A stretch of 64,000 nucleotides of DNA from Octopus vulgaris. Taxonomy: Eukaryota. Position numbers and translations under genes: made by a program. Positions within the stretch are counted from its first letter, which is position 1. Each line of letters begins with the position of its first letter. Positions 23,661-37,407 of the stretch are shown one piece after another. The stretch is from the NCBI GenBank assembly GCA_951406725.2, contig OX597820.1, positions 74,152,001 through 74,216,000 on the forward strand. The letters are read 5' to 3'. Under the pieces are notes generated by a model. The model saw nothing but the letters and a program-made list of their open reading frames with translations. It was not told where the DNA came from and did not search any database.

Positions 23661-25452
23661 TGAATATGGAAAAAATACCTTTAACTGAAAAAATGTTGAT
23701 TTTCCATTGAATGGCATCGGAATCCTTCCTCCATTACTGATGCTGACTTCTGTCAACACATAATGCATGTCGCTTTCGTTCATTCGAATAAAATTAATTT
23801 TTAAAGCACTAATTTTTCTCTTAAAGGTGACTTGTCCCTCACAAACTTCACAAAAATAGAAACTGTTACAAACAAAAATGAATTAAAACTACAACAAAGA
23901 GCAACTTGCCCCTTGGACAAAAATGTCACCTAAATGCAAACTGGCTATTAGAAACGACGAATTGAAGCGTTTACGTATCATGTGACAGCTTTGGCCTGTT
24001 GGCAAAACCGTGGCTTACAAAGCAAGATTAGATTGAAAGTATAATGGAAGCACTCCGTCGGTTACGACGACGAGGGTTCCGGTTGATCCGATCAACGGAA
24101 CAGCCTGCTCGTGAAATTAACGTGTAAGTGGCTGGAAAGTATAATAGTGAGCATCGAAACTCCTTACTCGCATTGTTGGAATTAACAAAGTTTTATATGA
24201 TGATCAATATGTAAATACATAACGCTAGATTCTCTTACTGTCTCTAAACTACACATACGCCATGACATTTTTAATATACATCGTCTACACCCAGCCTACC
24301 CGTCTACACCCAGCCCTTAATTATGAGACCTTGTGTCACTGTTAGACACCACTTATATAAATCACTTCCGCTAATTACCACAAGAGAGCTGTACACGTAT
24401 CTGGGGTGTTTGTAATCATGTCGTAATTTCTTTTGTTGAGTAAAGTATTCCCGCGTGTGTTCTGTCGTTTCTGCTTTAACGGTTTAATCGTCGAAATGGG
24501 ATTGGGACGGATGCGCACCATTCATCTCACAGTATCACCACGACCAATGGTTCTGCTACTAAAAATAATGATTCCAACTGTATCTAACCGTGGTGAAGTG
24601 AACCAGCGTGAGTTTAGTGCATTCGTCATGTACACGATGCAGTGTTTGGTGGCACGATATGCTTCGTCGCCCATTTTGTCGCTAGACCGTAGGCTGGCTA
24701 TGCATTCAGGCAATGGCGACTGTCCAGCGCAGTAAATAAACCATTCGAATTAACTTGGTTGAAATAAAAACAACAGGGCACATAAACTAATGGTTTCTCT
24801 GGCACAAATATCTGTATATATTGTTGTTGATGTTTTTACTGGACAAAAGATCTTTGTACTTTAGTAGGAGAAAGGAATTTTGTGAATCTCGTGTCTTTCT
24901 TAGGTTTTAACCAGTGTGAGTATCGTGAAAGAGCCTCAACTGGGAATCAAACTGTTTTCAGTCTAGTTTTTACCACATCCAGTAAAAAAAAAAAATGATT
25001 AAGAAAATTAAGCCAATACAAACTACTTATAAAAGAATTGGTTTGTTAGATTAGTTCGTTCGTTTTTGTTTTTCCATTGTCATATTATATCTGAAAAGAG
25101 GTAAGATTTATTCATACTACGAAAGCAATAAACAAGAGTTGTGGAAGGAAAGGAGATTGACAAAAAAGAAACCTCCATAAAACACAACGGTAAAATTTAT
25201 TTTTCATTTTAATTTAAATAACATCGAAAGTATTGAAGTAAAATTCTTTCATTCTTCCATTCTTTTACTTGTTTGAGTCATTTGACTGCGGCTATGCGGG
25301 ATAACCACCTTTAGTCGAATAAATCGCCCCCAGGACTTATTTTTTGTAAGCTTAGTACTATTCTATCGGTCTCTTTTGCCGAACCGCTAGGTTACGGGGA
25401 CGTAAACACACCGGTTGTCAAGCGATGGTGGGGGATAAACACAAACACACAA

Positions 25453-25502
<50 letters not shown>

Positions 25503-25518
25503 ACACACACACACACAT

Positions 25519-25556
<38 letters not shown>

Positions 25557-25691
25557 GTATATACGATGGGCTTCTTTCAGTTTCCATCTACCAAGTCCAC
25601 TTACAGTGCTTCGGTCGGCCCGAGGCTATAGTAAAAGAAAAACAACAAAAGAACGAATTTATCTGACCATCTAGTTTAAAGACCAGTATTA

Positions 25692-26130
25692 AGGTAGCGA
25701 GCTGGCAGAATCGTTACCACATCGGAAAATGTGCTGAGCGGCTTTTCGTCCGTCTTTACGTTCTGAGTTCAAATTCTTATTTCTTTACTAGCCACAAGGG
25801 GCTAAACATAGAGGGGACAAACAGGGACAGACAAAGTGGTTAAGTCGATTACATCGACCTAAGTGCGTAACTGGTACATATTTAATCGACCCCGAAAGGA
25901 TGAAAGGCAAAGTCGAGCTCGGCGGAATTTGAACTCAGAATGTAACGGCAGACGAAAAACCGCTTAGTATTTCGCCCGCGTGCTTAACGTTTCTGCCAGC
26001 TCTCCGCCTTCTGAGTTCAAATTCTGCCGAGATCGGCTTTGCCTTTAGTCCTTTATGGTGTCTGAACACAGAAAGTAAAACCGGAAGAAATGCCGCTAAA
26101 CTTTTTAATCAGGTGAACCAACTATTCTGT
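25692..26130. mobile_element. SINE A copy (+) interrupted by an inverted young SINE A copy (-)
   Basis: The inner copy is flanked by the 17-bp duplication ttctgagttcaaattct. Confidence 0.85.
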
Positions 26131-26215
26131 TAGCTTGCTGTTGAAGTAGTAGTAGTAACACCATCTAGCAGCTGCCGTCTAGAAACTCCACGGTTGTCGT
26201 GAAAACTATGATCGT

Positions 26216-26590
26216 GGCACTCCGTCGGTTGCGACGACGAGGGTTCCAGTTGATCCAATCAACGGAGCAGCCTGCTCGTGAAATTAGCGTGCAAGTGGCT
26301 AGGCATTCCACAGACATGTGTACCCTTAATGATGTTCTCGGGGAGATTCAGCGTGACACAGAGTGTGACAAGGCTGGCCCTACAACAGAAACAGGAAGAA
26401 AGAGTGAGAGAAAGAATACAGCAGGGTTCGTCCCCCCCCCCCGCCGGAGCGTTGTGAAGCTTTAGGTGTTTTCGCTCAATAAACACTCAGAACGCCCGGT
26501 CTGGGAATTGAAACTGCGATTCTACGACCTAAGCACTGGGCCATTGCGCTGGGCTAGTCCGCTGCCCTAAGCACTGGGCCATTGCGCCAC
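26216..26590 (-). mobile_element. SINE family C (tRNA-derived)
   Basis: Collinear with 53914-54287 and 61771-62121; fragments or variants at about 24048, 32061 and 40760. Confidence 0.85.
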
Positions 26591-26664
26591 GAAAAGTACG
26601 GTAGTTGAAAGTTGACATAAAACCATGCAGCACATAATTTCTTATGAATTTCTATGTCTTTTGG

Positions 26665-26724
<60 letters not shown>

Positions 26725-26812
26725 ACCTTTGAAAACTATATTATTTCTTAAATTCTTATGGGCTGCTATTATTAAGACATCTTTCTGTCACGATATGTTC
26801 CATTTCAAAATA

Positions 26813-27040
26813 CAGTAATCTCTCCCCATATCGGGGTTCACTTATCGCGGTTTATTATTTAAACTTGCATCGATTCCTCCGTAGTGTTGTTTTGCATTTA
26901 TAATAAAAAATATATATATATAATTTATAAAATTAATAAAAAATATATATATAATACAGTACTGCTTCTTACTTCGCAGATTTTCACCTATCGCGGGGTG
27001 GTTTTGGAACGTAACTTCCACGATAGTCGAGGAATTACTG
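26813..27040. mobile_element. pogo/Tigger-like MITE
   Basis: TIRs cagtaatctctc / cgaggaattactg, left TA flank, internal tatcgcgg repeats. Confidence 0.65.
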
Positions 27041-27229
27041 CAGTTAAGTATTGTCTGGAGGTGAATTAGCTGCTATTTCTAACTGGCATCAAGATAATGG
27101 ATGTCGATTATTGGTTGTTGGTACCAAGAATACTCTCAGTTACAGAGCAATTGAAGCTTCTATATCTACCCCTGCCGTTCACGTTCAACTTCTTTTAAGA
27201 AACGTTTCTGCGGATCTCATATAAACTGT

Positions 27230-27560
27230 CACTTGTCTCAGAAAATAACAATACAAATATCCTACACCACTTTATCGTTCAAACAGAGCATATAATGAGC
27301 CTGACATGATTTTCCACGTCAAAAATGACAATAGTGTTTTAATAATTGACATAGCTAGCAATATCGAATGACTAAAATGTTACGCAGACGCCATCTAACT
27401 TCTATCTCAGGAATTACACGGACTTAGCAATTAAATTAAAGATATTACGGTATTAGAGAAATATGTCAATCATTCCATTTGTAATTGGTAAAACAGGAAG
27501 GATACAAAATCATTTCTGTGGAGACACAGACTGGTTTTCATTTAAGATTAAGTATAAAGT
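27230..27560 (+). mobile_element. Highly decayed RLE (R4-like) LINE C-terminus
   Basis: Fragments NEPDMI, LIIDIA, NYTDLAIKLK and SIIPFVIGKTG. Confidence 0.5.
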
Positions 27561-28127
27561 TGCACGTTACATGTAGAAGAATGGATTTCAAAGAAAGTAG
27601 TGAAGTACGGCGTCGGCAAACAGTTTTACGTACAATTTTTAAACGACAGAGTAGGTTTTATGCGGTGAGAAAGTAAAACGTAATTCCTGGCAAAATTATT
27701 TGTGGGAGGAAAAGAAATACCAACGGACAAATACAAAGACAAATACAGAGACATACATAGATAAACACATACTCAATGTGCTCGCGTACACTCACACGTA
27801 CACTCACACACACATATACATACATGCATACATATATACATGCACATATATATATGTGTGTATGCATGTATGTATATGTATTTACGTATATGTGTATATA
27901 TATATATATATATGAACATATATTTTTTAATAATATATTATTATTAATATAAGGAAATTAATATCTAAACTCATCATAAAGTTATACCCGTGTGAAAATA
28001 CTTATTATATTAAAAATATATATAAATAAATAAATATAAATATATATAAAATATATGTAAATATGTATAAAATATAATGTATAAATAAATTTGATAGTTT
28101 AAAAGTTTTGAATTAATTATTTAAATC

Positions 28128-28217
28128 ATCATACGATCGTTTCACAGAAGAGTTGTCCCTATATTGAAATCCTATATTGATTAGCATTTATAGACAACTC
28201 TTCTGCTCTTCAGAGAT
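28128..28217 (-). ncRNA. Type I hammerhead motif, canonical core, 14-bp stem II
   Basis: Minus strand: atct-CTGAAGA-gcagaagagttgtc...gacaactcttctgt-GAAAC-gatc-GTA-tgat; the element (about 27915-28258) is bounded by (TA)n. Confidence 0.75.
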
Positions 28218-28253
28218 ACAAAATATGAATAAAGTATCATATATCGAATGATA

Positions 28254-28332
<79 letters not shown>

Positions 28333-29149
28333 CATGTGTAATTGCCGCCCAAGTGTGGCATCCTATACAGGACAGTGCTACTGATGTTTATAGCGCTAGG
28401 AAGACATCTCCTCCAGCTGGCTAACGACACACATTCTGTGTCCGATTAGTATTTGCGAGGGGAGGTCATCACTCATATATATAAATATATATATATTCAT
28501 ATACACGCACACACACGCGCGCGCGCACATATACGTGTGTATGGGTTTCTGTCTGTGTTTGTTCGTCCCTCGCCACCGCTTGACGACTGGAATCGGTTTG
28601 TATATGATACATGACGAAGCTATTCAGCGAAAGAGAACGATAGAATAAGCCGTAAACTTTAAAAAGAAAGTACTAGGGAAGTGAGTCAATTTTTTATACT
28701 AGAATCCTTCAAGGCAGTGCCCCAGCAGAGCCACAGTCCAATAACTGAAATAAGTAGAAAGTAAAAGAGAAATATATAGTGAATCATGTGATTGCATTTA
28801 TTCAATGTATTAATAAATCTGTGTGCGACCGAGAACTGTGGCGAATTATTTATAACTTTGAAATCTGATATATAAGCTATTGTGCCCGCTAAATTGAAAA
28901 TTGTTTTGATAGGCTTATTGTTAATTAATGGGCCTATTTGATGTGCCTATTGTTAGTATAAAACAAAATAGTCATCATTAGATTTAGCCGTGACTGTGTA
29001 GTAAGAAGTTTGCTTCCCAACCACCTGGTAACATTCAATTCCACTGTGTTGCACCTTGATCAAATGTCTTTAGCTATAGCCCTGGGCAGACAAAAGCCTT
29101 GTGATTGGATTTGGGAGACGGAAACTGAAAGAAGCCCGTCTTATAAACA

Positions 29150-29180
<31 letters not shown>

Positions 29181-29373
29181 TAATAATAAATATTAGGAAT
29201 AAATCCAATCTTACATGGAAAAATAAGATTTAGGATTGAATCCAATTTTATAGTAAAATATTATATTATATTAAATTAGAGTTCATTGTTTAAACCTCGC
29301 CAAGATTATATTATATTATATTATATTAAATTAGAGTTCATTGATTAAACCTCGCCAAGATAAATATTTAAAC

Positions 29374-29437
29374 CACCTGATGAATGACTGTGACTCGGAA
29401 ATTTAAAGAAATTAACAGCCATGAAACGATCGTAGTG
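29374..29437 (+). ncRNA. Type I hammerhead motif, canonical core
   Basis: cac-CTGATGA-atgactgt...acagccat-GAAAC-gatc-GTA-gtg; the element (about 29180-29570) is bounded by (TA)n. Confidence 0.75.
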
Positions 29438-29563
29438 TGATATTAATTATATTTTTTTAATAATTTTGTTATATATTTAAATAATATAAATTAAATAATC
29501 TTATGTATTGGCTTAAGTTTTTCATTGTATGATTTGCCTAATAGTGGTTTTGTCTCTAATTTA

Positions 29564-29647
<84 letters not shown>

Positions 29648-29824
29648 TATATATATATATGTATGTTTATACATATATCTCTCTCACTCTGTATATATAT
29701 ATATATATATCACGTGATCACGTGACCGACCAGACCATCAGATGTTGTTACACATCGCTGCTCACAATGCGTTCGCATTGTTTTAGCCTTCGAATGACGC
29801 CACCCCGCTGGCTAAGCGAGCAGG

Positions 29825-29855
<31 letters not shown>

Positions 29856-31039
29856 GTTCTTTTATTCCTTTACTTGTTTCAGTCATTTGACTGCGGCCAT
29901 GCTGGTGCACCACCTTTAGTCGAACGAATCGACTGCAGGAGGTACTCTTTGTAAGCCTAGTACTTATTCTATCGGTCGCTTTTGCCGAAACGCTAAGTTA
30001 CAGGGACGTAAATACACCAACATCGGTTGTCAGTTGATATATATATATACTCTGAGCTTCTTTCAGTTTCCTTCTACGAAATCCACTCACAAAACTTTGG
30101 TCGGCCCGAGGCTATAGCAGAAGACACTTGGCCAAGGTGCCACGCAGTGGGACTGAACCCAGAACCATGTGGTTGGGGAGCAAGTTCCTTACCACACAGC
30201 CACGCCTGCGTCTATATATATATATATATATACGTGATGAGTGTGCGTTTGTGTCTGTATTTGTCATTTGTCCCCCGAAACTTAGCGGTTCCGCAAAAGA
30301 CACCGATAGAACAAGGACCAGAATTATAGATAAAATAAGTACTGGATTCGATTCATTCGACAAAAAATTCCTTAAGGCGGTGCCTCAGCATGGTCGCATT
30401 GTAATGATTGAAAAAAAACAACAGATAAAAGATAAAAATAATATAATGATGATGACGATGATAATGATAACGCTGACAATAGTTCCGCCTACCAATAACA
30501 AAACCGCAACTATCAGCCACAACAAAATGATAATTACAATAATGATGATAAATATAATCATATTGTTGAAGCTAATTAGAATTTCTCTTTGAATTAATTA
30601 ACACCATCTGTATAATCATTGAATGTAATCCTCGCACCGAGGGACCTTTTTTCTTGTCTCTTAATTTTGTTTAAATCCAAGGATAATCTTTGCTTATAAA
30701 CGACATAAGTTAATCTTTATGCACCGAATGTGACCGGAAGAATTAGGGCAGCTGGCTTTGTTTTTTGTAAGATGACCTCTGCAGTTTGTCTCTATACGGC
30801 TCAGACCTCCTTATCTATAATTACCAATTATGACGGAGGCGCAGCTTGCAAGTGGAATCGGAAGACTCTTTTATATTGATCCCTAACTTAGATATAAAGC
30901 AACAGATTTGAATGGGTTAAGAGGTCATGTGTTTAAATTAAACAAAAATGAGCAAAGAGAAAAAAATTCAGAGTGGCCATTGGCATAGATTTGAACAACT
31001 ATATATGCAGATATGTCAATTACCATACAACATATATGG

Positions 31040-31820
31040 ATGTGTCATGATTATCAAATAGTTATTAAAATCATCTCCATGTAAGGAGACAGAATCTTAA
31101 GATTCAAGGATTCTCCAAAGTTGACATGCCATTAAGAGAAAGAACAGATATATTGTCTTGAGATAAGAAAACAGTTGAGGGCATATGCTTTTCGCTCAAT
31201 AGTCACCATCAGCACCATAAAATATGTCCGACCTTATTTCCAATAATCAAAGGAATTACACCTGAGTAAAAAAACGACTAGAATACATTTATAGCCTCGG
31301 TAGTGCGCATTTGTCTATGAACACTTAGAAAAATACAGGTACATCAAATATCAGGTAACATAAATTCTTGATTTATTAAAATTATCTCCGCCTTTAGAAG
31401 ATGTATAATAATTAACAAATGACAATTAAGACCAGTTCCAATGTAGAAGGGAAGATGATCTGAAGATTCAAGAATTCTCCAAAGTTGAAAAACCATTAAG
31501 AAAAAAGGACACATTTATTGCCTGGAAATAAAAGGACAGTCAGGTAGACGTGTTTGTGGCTTTATATCTTTCATCAGCGAGATAGCTGGTTGGACCTTAT
31601 CTTCAGTAACCAAGGCTCTTAGACATATACAAAACGGTATGGAACACATCTATGGCTTAGGTAATTTGCATAATTTAAACAAGAGACACATTTCAGTTTA
31701 GAGAAATAACCCAGAATGATCGGTGGCATATATTTAAACAATAGACAAATACAAGGACACCACATATCTCTGCCTCAAGAGGATGTATCGCAATTGCCAA
31801 GTTCCACTTAAGACCAGGTC
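31040..31820. repeat. Ancient diverged tandem duplication, ~360-380-bp unit
   Basis: aagattcaag.attctccaaagttga...ccattaaga occurs at about 31100 and 31463, with other collinear matches; a third unit begins at about 31782. Confidence 0.7.
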
Positions 31821-32798
31821 ATAGTTCGTGACTGCTGCTATATTTTGTTGGTACTCGGAAGGATGAAAATGAAAACTGATTTCGATGGTATTTGAAACGC
31901 TAAGGGCCTAAACGCTAAGGGCCTAAAATACTAAGGGCCTAAAAGACCTATGTATTCAAAGATCAAAGAGGGTACTTTTTTCACTAGAAATATCAGTTAA
32001 TTCTCTTACAAATTTCACCCCATCCATCTTAAAAGAGAAAAAAGACATTAGATAATGCAACTGGTACTCCGTCAGCTACGACCACGAGGTTTTCAGTTGA
32101 TCCAATCAAGGGGATGTGCAAGTGGCTGAGCATTTCACAGACAAGCGTACCCTTAATGTAGTTCTCAGGGAGATTCGGCGTGACACACAGAATGTGAAAA
32201 GGCTGGCCCTTTGAAATACAGACACAACTCACTTTTGCCAGTTGAGTGAAGTGGAAAAACGCGAAATAAAGCGTCTTACTCAAAGGCATGACGTGCCGCC
32301 GGAAATCGAACTGACGAGCTTATGATCGTGAGCCGAATACCCTAACCACTAAGCCACGCGCCTTCACTTTAGATAATGTAGTGCAGATACATGATGCTTC
32401 AGTAACAGATGGAATGTCATGGATGGAATCACCCCAGATCATAACCTTACTCGATCAGGGCTGACTAAGCGTTTCAGAAATACACACTCAAAAACTGAAG
32501 ACGTATATATTATTTTATCCTTTACTTGTATCAATCTAAGACGGCGGCCATGCTGGGGCTCCACGTTGGCGAATTTTTAGTCGAATGAATCGACAACAGT
32601 ATCTATTTTGTACTAATTTTATCGGATCCTTTTTGATGAACCGCTAAATTACGGGAGTCATAAGCATACCAAGACCGGTTGTCAAGCGGTGGTAGCGGGC
32701 ATACACACACACACACACACACATATACATACATATATATATGTATGTTTGCATGTATGTATGTATGTATGTATGTATGTATGTATGTACGTACGTAC

Positions 32799-32851
<53 letters not shown>

Positions 32852-33336
32852 TAAAAACAGCTAGGTGCAACGCTATAGCGTAAAGAAGAATTATAGTCGT
32901 CAACTAAACGTAACTAGGGGTATCAAGACACCTACATTGCTAGAAATAAGAGATAAAATGCTCCAATGATGTAAAGCACATGACATAAATTCTGATAGGG
33001 GCTGTAGTCACCCAAATCCACTCAGAAAGCTTTGGTCTGTACGAGGCTTTATAGTAGAAGATGCATGCCCAAGGTTCCACGCAGTGAGACTGAACCCGGA
33101 ACCATGTGGTTGGGAAGCAAACTTCATACCACACACCCACACCTGCACCTATATGGGTTCAAATGTTTTTCAGTTTTATTTTTCTGGACTAACACCGTGA
33201 ATTGACAAAATTAAGATTTTTTGCTTTCCACTCTTATTAAGCAAAAAGTAATGAGACGTTGAGAGTGTTATTTGTTTCTAAAAATGATTACGCCTAAGTT
33301 ATAAATATAAACAAATTTACACTCATCACATATAAA

Positions 33337-33824
33337 TCTATATACATAAATGCGAAATGGTGTCTGTCTGTGTGTTTAGGATTTTAATGGTTTTTGGCAT
33401 ATAGGTAGATCACATGCCCTGAAGTTCAAATAAGGCCGGGAGTTTTCGAAAACACAATAATGCTAAGTTTGCATCGATTTTTGTGAGCTCAATCGGGCGT
33501 TAGAATGGAAATTCCCATAGCGGTGTTACTTTTCTTGCAGCTTTTGCATTTTTACTTCAGCCTCACTTTGCTGCACCACTGAACACGTCGTCGTCGGCTG
33601 CAAAAGCTCCACCCCGTCAACAAAGCTCCGTCGACTGCTCTGACCATTTTTCCTCCGCCTGTCACACATCTACTCATCCTGAAACAGATATAATCCCGAA
33701 CCAGATATAACATCTTAATGGGTAATAGTTGGCACAAGGAACGTAGAAGATTTCAATACAAAGTCAGAGGTGGGGGCTTAACTTCATTACAGAAAACACG
33801 ATCAACGCCGGCTCCAACAGCTTG
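33337..33824 (+). mobile_element. Putative non-autonomous Helitron
   Basis: Starts A|TCtatatacataaatgcg and ends with a degenerate hairpin (caacgccgg) and CTTG|T, resembling the ends of the clearer Helitron at 41980-42806. Confidence 0.45.
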
Positions 33825-34829
33825 TACATACATAAATACATACATTGATGCATATATATATACATACATGCATACATACATTACATACATCTATATTATA
33901 ATGGAGAAAGCTGCTTATTAATTATGTATATAACAGTTACTAAAAGAAAGCAATTATCAAAGGCTTGACTGTCTGGAAATTTTTTGTAAATTCATGTTCC
34001 AAGAAATTTCCTGTACTTTCGATTTCTGAAGTTTATTGAATATTTGAACTACAAGTTTTCACAAATTTACATATTCGTTGCATTCACTGCTGAGTAGATT
34101 TTATGCCTTAGCCTCGCCATCGCCCGTGCTAATGCTGAATACAACGATCGCCCCTGTCCAATTTATGTTACAGATTACAACTACGATAAATTACTGAAAG
34201 AAATATTTACTAAGCAAGTGAGATTTTTTTTACAAATTGAAATTTTCTGGAAAATTTACTTTCTGAACTTCCTTTTTATTACTGAATGTTTCAAGTTCAC
34301 AGATTTAAATATTCGGTACAAGATAGTTTTAACGTGCTTTTATTTATACGATTTTTTCATTTCATGTTTATTTCATTCATTGTTTGCAATGTTCTCTACC
34401 CACACCCGCTCTTTTAGATACACAAAATGTTTCCATAATATAAACACACACACACACACACTCCAGGTTTCACTAACAGAAAACCACCTTTCTTCAAGTA
34501 CATTAAATGCAAATACATACATTTACACACACACACACACACACGTGTGTGTGTGTGTGTGTATGCGTATGTGCGTGTGTGTGTGTGTGTATGTGTGTGC
34601 GTGTGTGTGTTTAGATATAGAATAGTCACAGGGTTAAATAGAATCCAGGCACATCAACACGTAGGACGCCAGGATTGGTTAGGTACCATAACACTGAGTT
34701 CATAGTAAGGTAAAACAACCATTTGGTGTCATTTGCTGATGGTATACTGCAGGTATGTGTATACACATATATTTATAATTATATACTTAGATATTAATTT
34801 TACCGATATGGTGGTTATCATACGCTTCT

Positions 34830-35272
34830 GACTCACGCGTGGTTTGAGATGCATCTGCTTCCACTACAGTTTCAAGTTACCATTTTCCACCTTGGTCTTA
34901 GGTCCGCCACGGGGCTGACTTTCAAGAGTAAAGCCATCAGACCAGAACTTTTCAAACCATCGGCGTACAATGCGCTCATTTGCCACATCTTCACCAAACA
35001 CCTCATTGATGTTTCGAGCTGTCTGGGATGCATTGGTTCCACGACGGAACTCATATTCATAAGCAACACGAATTTTTGATCTGTCAATGGGTTCACAAAC
35101 ATTGATTTACAAGAGAAGACTCACAATATAATCAGACATCATGAACTGCCTCGCAAAAAGTGGTGATGTAACTCTTCAATGTTGTAAAACAAATAATTGT
35201 CAGGATAAAAAGTTAGAGTTAACGACTGTCAAACTGCATAAGAAAATCGCACATTTCATTCTTAATGACCTG

Positions 35273-35273
<1 letters not shown>
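34830..35273 (-). mobile_element. mariner transposon 5' remnant (TIR plus HTH domain)
   Basis: Minus frame RSKIRVAYEYEFRRGTNASQTARNINEVFGEDVANERIVRRWFEKF...LESQPRGGP; TIR-like tcaggtcattaagaatgaaatgtgcgattt at the right end. Confidence 0.85.
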
Positions 35274-35355
<82 letters not shown>

Positions 35356-35356
35356 C

Positions 35357-35400
<44 letters not shown>

Positions 35401-35409
35401 CTCTATCTC

Positions 35410-35455
<46 letters not shown>

Positions 35456-35456
<1 letters not shown>

Positions 35457-36722
35457 CGCATCCGTCATCAAGTACCGTCTGAACGTTGTGCCTTGTCCCG
35501 ACCCGACCATCACCAAGCTGGAACGTATACTCTCTCGCTTCTTGTGGAAGGGAAGCGTTCCGATTTTTAGGCGATCCATTTGCTGTCAACACCCGCTAAA
35601 TGAAGGGCGAGGCATACCTTGGTTGATGATGTGCAGACATGCGTTGAGACCGATGACGGTGAACAAGTGTGATCACCGTTTGTGTGGTGCGCTTTCCCGC
35701 AGCTCGTCTCCTTGGTCGAACTGCAGTCGTGGTTCAATTACAGATTGAAGCTAGGCGAATGGCACCGCGAGTGTCGCGTTGCTCTTTAGCAACTCTGCCG
35801 TCCGGATCCAAACTTGTGTAACTTCATTACAACAAAGGCGTTCTATAGACGATTAGTTGATGGGGAAGTGCATCGAGAGGAACACCTGACCCACCTGTTC
35901 AGGACAACTTTCGGGTCGGGACCTATGGACAATCACCAAAGATCCCTGGCCTGGCAGTGCTTTCGAGAAGCATTACCTGTTCGAGATAAGCTCTACAGGT
36001 ACGGTTCGAGACACACCGGACCGACTTGCTCGAAATGCGACGAAACCATTCTGCACGCACTCATGCAGTGTCCAACAATTTCGGATCTGTGGGTTTATGC
36101 CGAACGGCTGCTGTCACGTGTGGGACGAGTCCGCCTGTCGGCCGTGTCTATCGTGAAAATTGCTCCGACACCTTCCCTCAACCGGGAAGGCAAGGCAGTT
36201 TTCATCGTACTGGTGGCCATGGTGAAAGAATTTGTGTGATGGACTCTAGCGAAAGGATTACAGACAAACACTTACCTCTCTGGCCAATCGCTCATCAACT
36301 TTTTCAAGTATCACTTGAAAATAAAGGTGAGAATGGAGAGGCAAGTTTTGACTCATGAAAGTTCTAAAAAAAGGTGGGTGAATGTAGCAAAGATGGTGCG
36401 TGCGAGGAACGCACTTTGAGCATGATCCTGTAAATCATAAAGAGAGAGGGAGAGCACTTTATTCTCATGTGTTTACTCCCTCCCTGCCTAAGGTTACCGT
36501 GGTCTTTTCTAATCTAAACCTAATCTTGCTTCTTACATATTTAAAATTCTTCTGTGATACACGATCCCTTTTGATCGCCTTTTCTTTTCCCGACCCGTTT
36601 TGATCGGAATTTTACTTTTCTCTCTCTCTTTTCCCTTTTTCTTTTTTATTTTCGAAAAGAAAAGCTCTACATTTGTATTTCTCCCCTCTGTTTTCAGCCC
36701 GGTGTGGCCAATAAAGAAAGTC
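35456..36722 (+). mobile_element. 5'-truncated Tx1/L1-clade LINE within (TCTA)n
   Basis: [68 protein letters not shown], a 3' UTR with aataaa, and (TCTA)n on both sides. Confidence 0.85.
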
Positions 36723-36820
<98 letters not shown>

Positions 36821-36837
36821 TTGTCTATATATATATT

Positions 36838-36912
<75 letters not shown>

Positions 36913-36975
36913 GCGTGTGTGTGTGTGTGTGCATGTGTGTGTGTATTTGCGTGTCGTGTTTATACGTATATACAC

Positions 36976-37138
36976 AGGCGCAAGAATGGCTGTATGGTAA
37001 AAAGCTTGCTTCCTAACCATACGGTTGGGAGTTCAGTCCCACTGTGTGGCAAATTGGGCAAATATTTTCTACTATAACCTCGAGCCGACCAAAGCCTTGT
37101 AAGTGAATTTAGTAGACGGAAATTGAAAGAAGCTCGTC

Positions 37139-37190
<52 letters not shown>

Positions 37191-37407
37191 TTATTTATTT
37201 ATTTGTGTGTCTGTGTTTGTCCCCACCACCATCGCTTGGCACCCGATGTCGGTGTGTTTATGTCTCCGTTAAATGGTGGTTCGGCAAAATAAACCGATAG
37301 AATAAGTACTAGGCTTACAAAGAATAAGTCCTGGGGTCGATTGTTTGGACTAAAATCGGTGCTCCAGCATGGCCGCCGTGTCAAATGACTGAAACAAATA
37401 AAAGAAT
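36976..37407 (+). mobile_element. SINE family B, full length
   Basis: Head ggcgcaagaatggctgtatggtaaaaagcttgc, internal (TA)n, tail gactgaaacaaataaaagaat. Confidence 0.9.
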
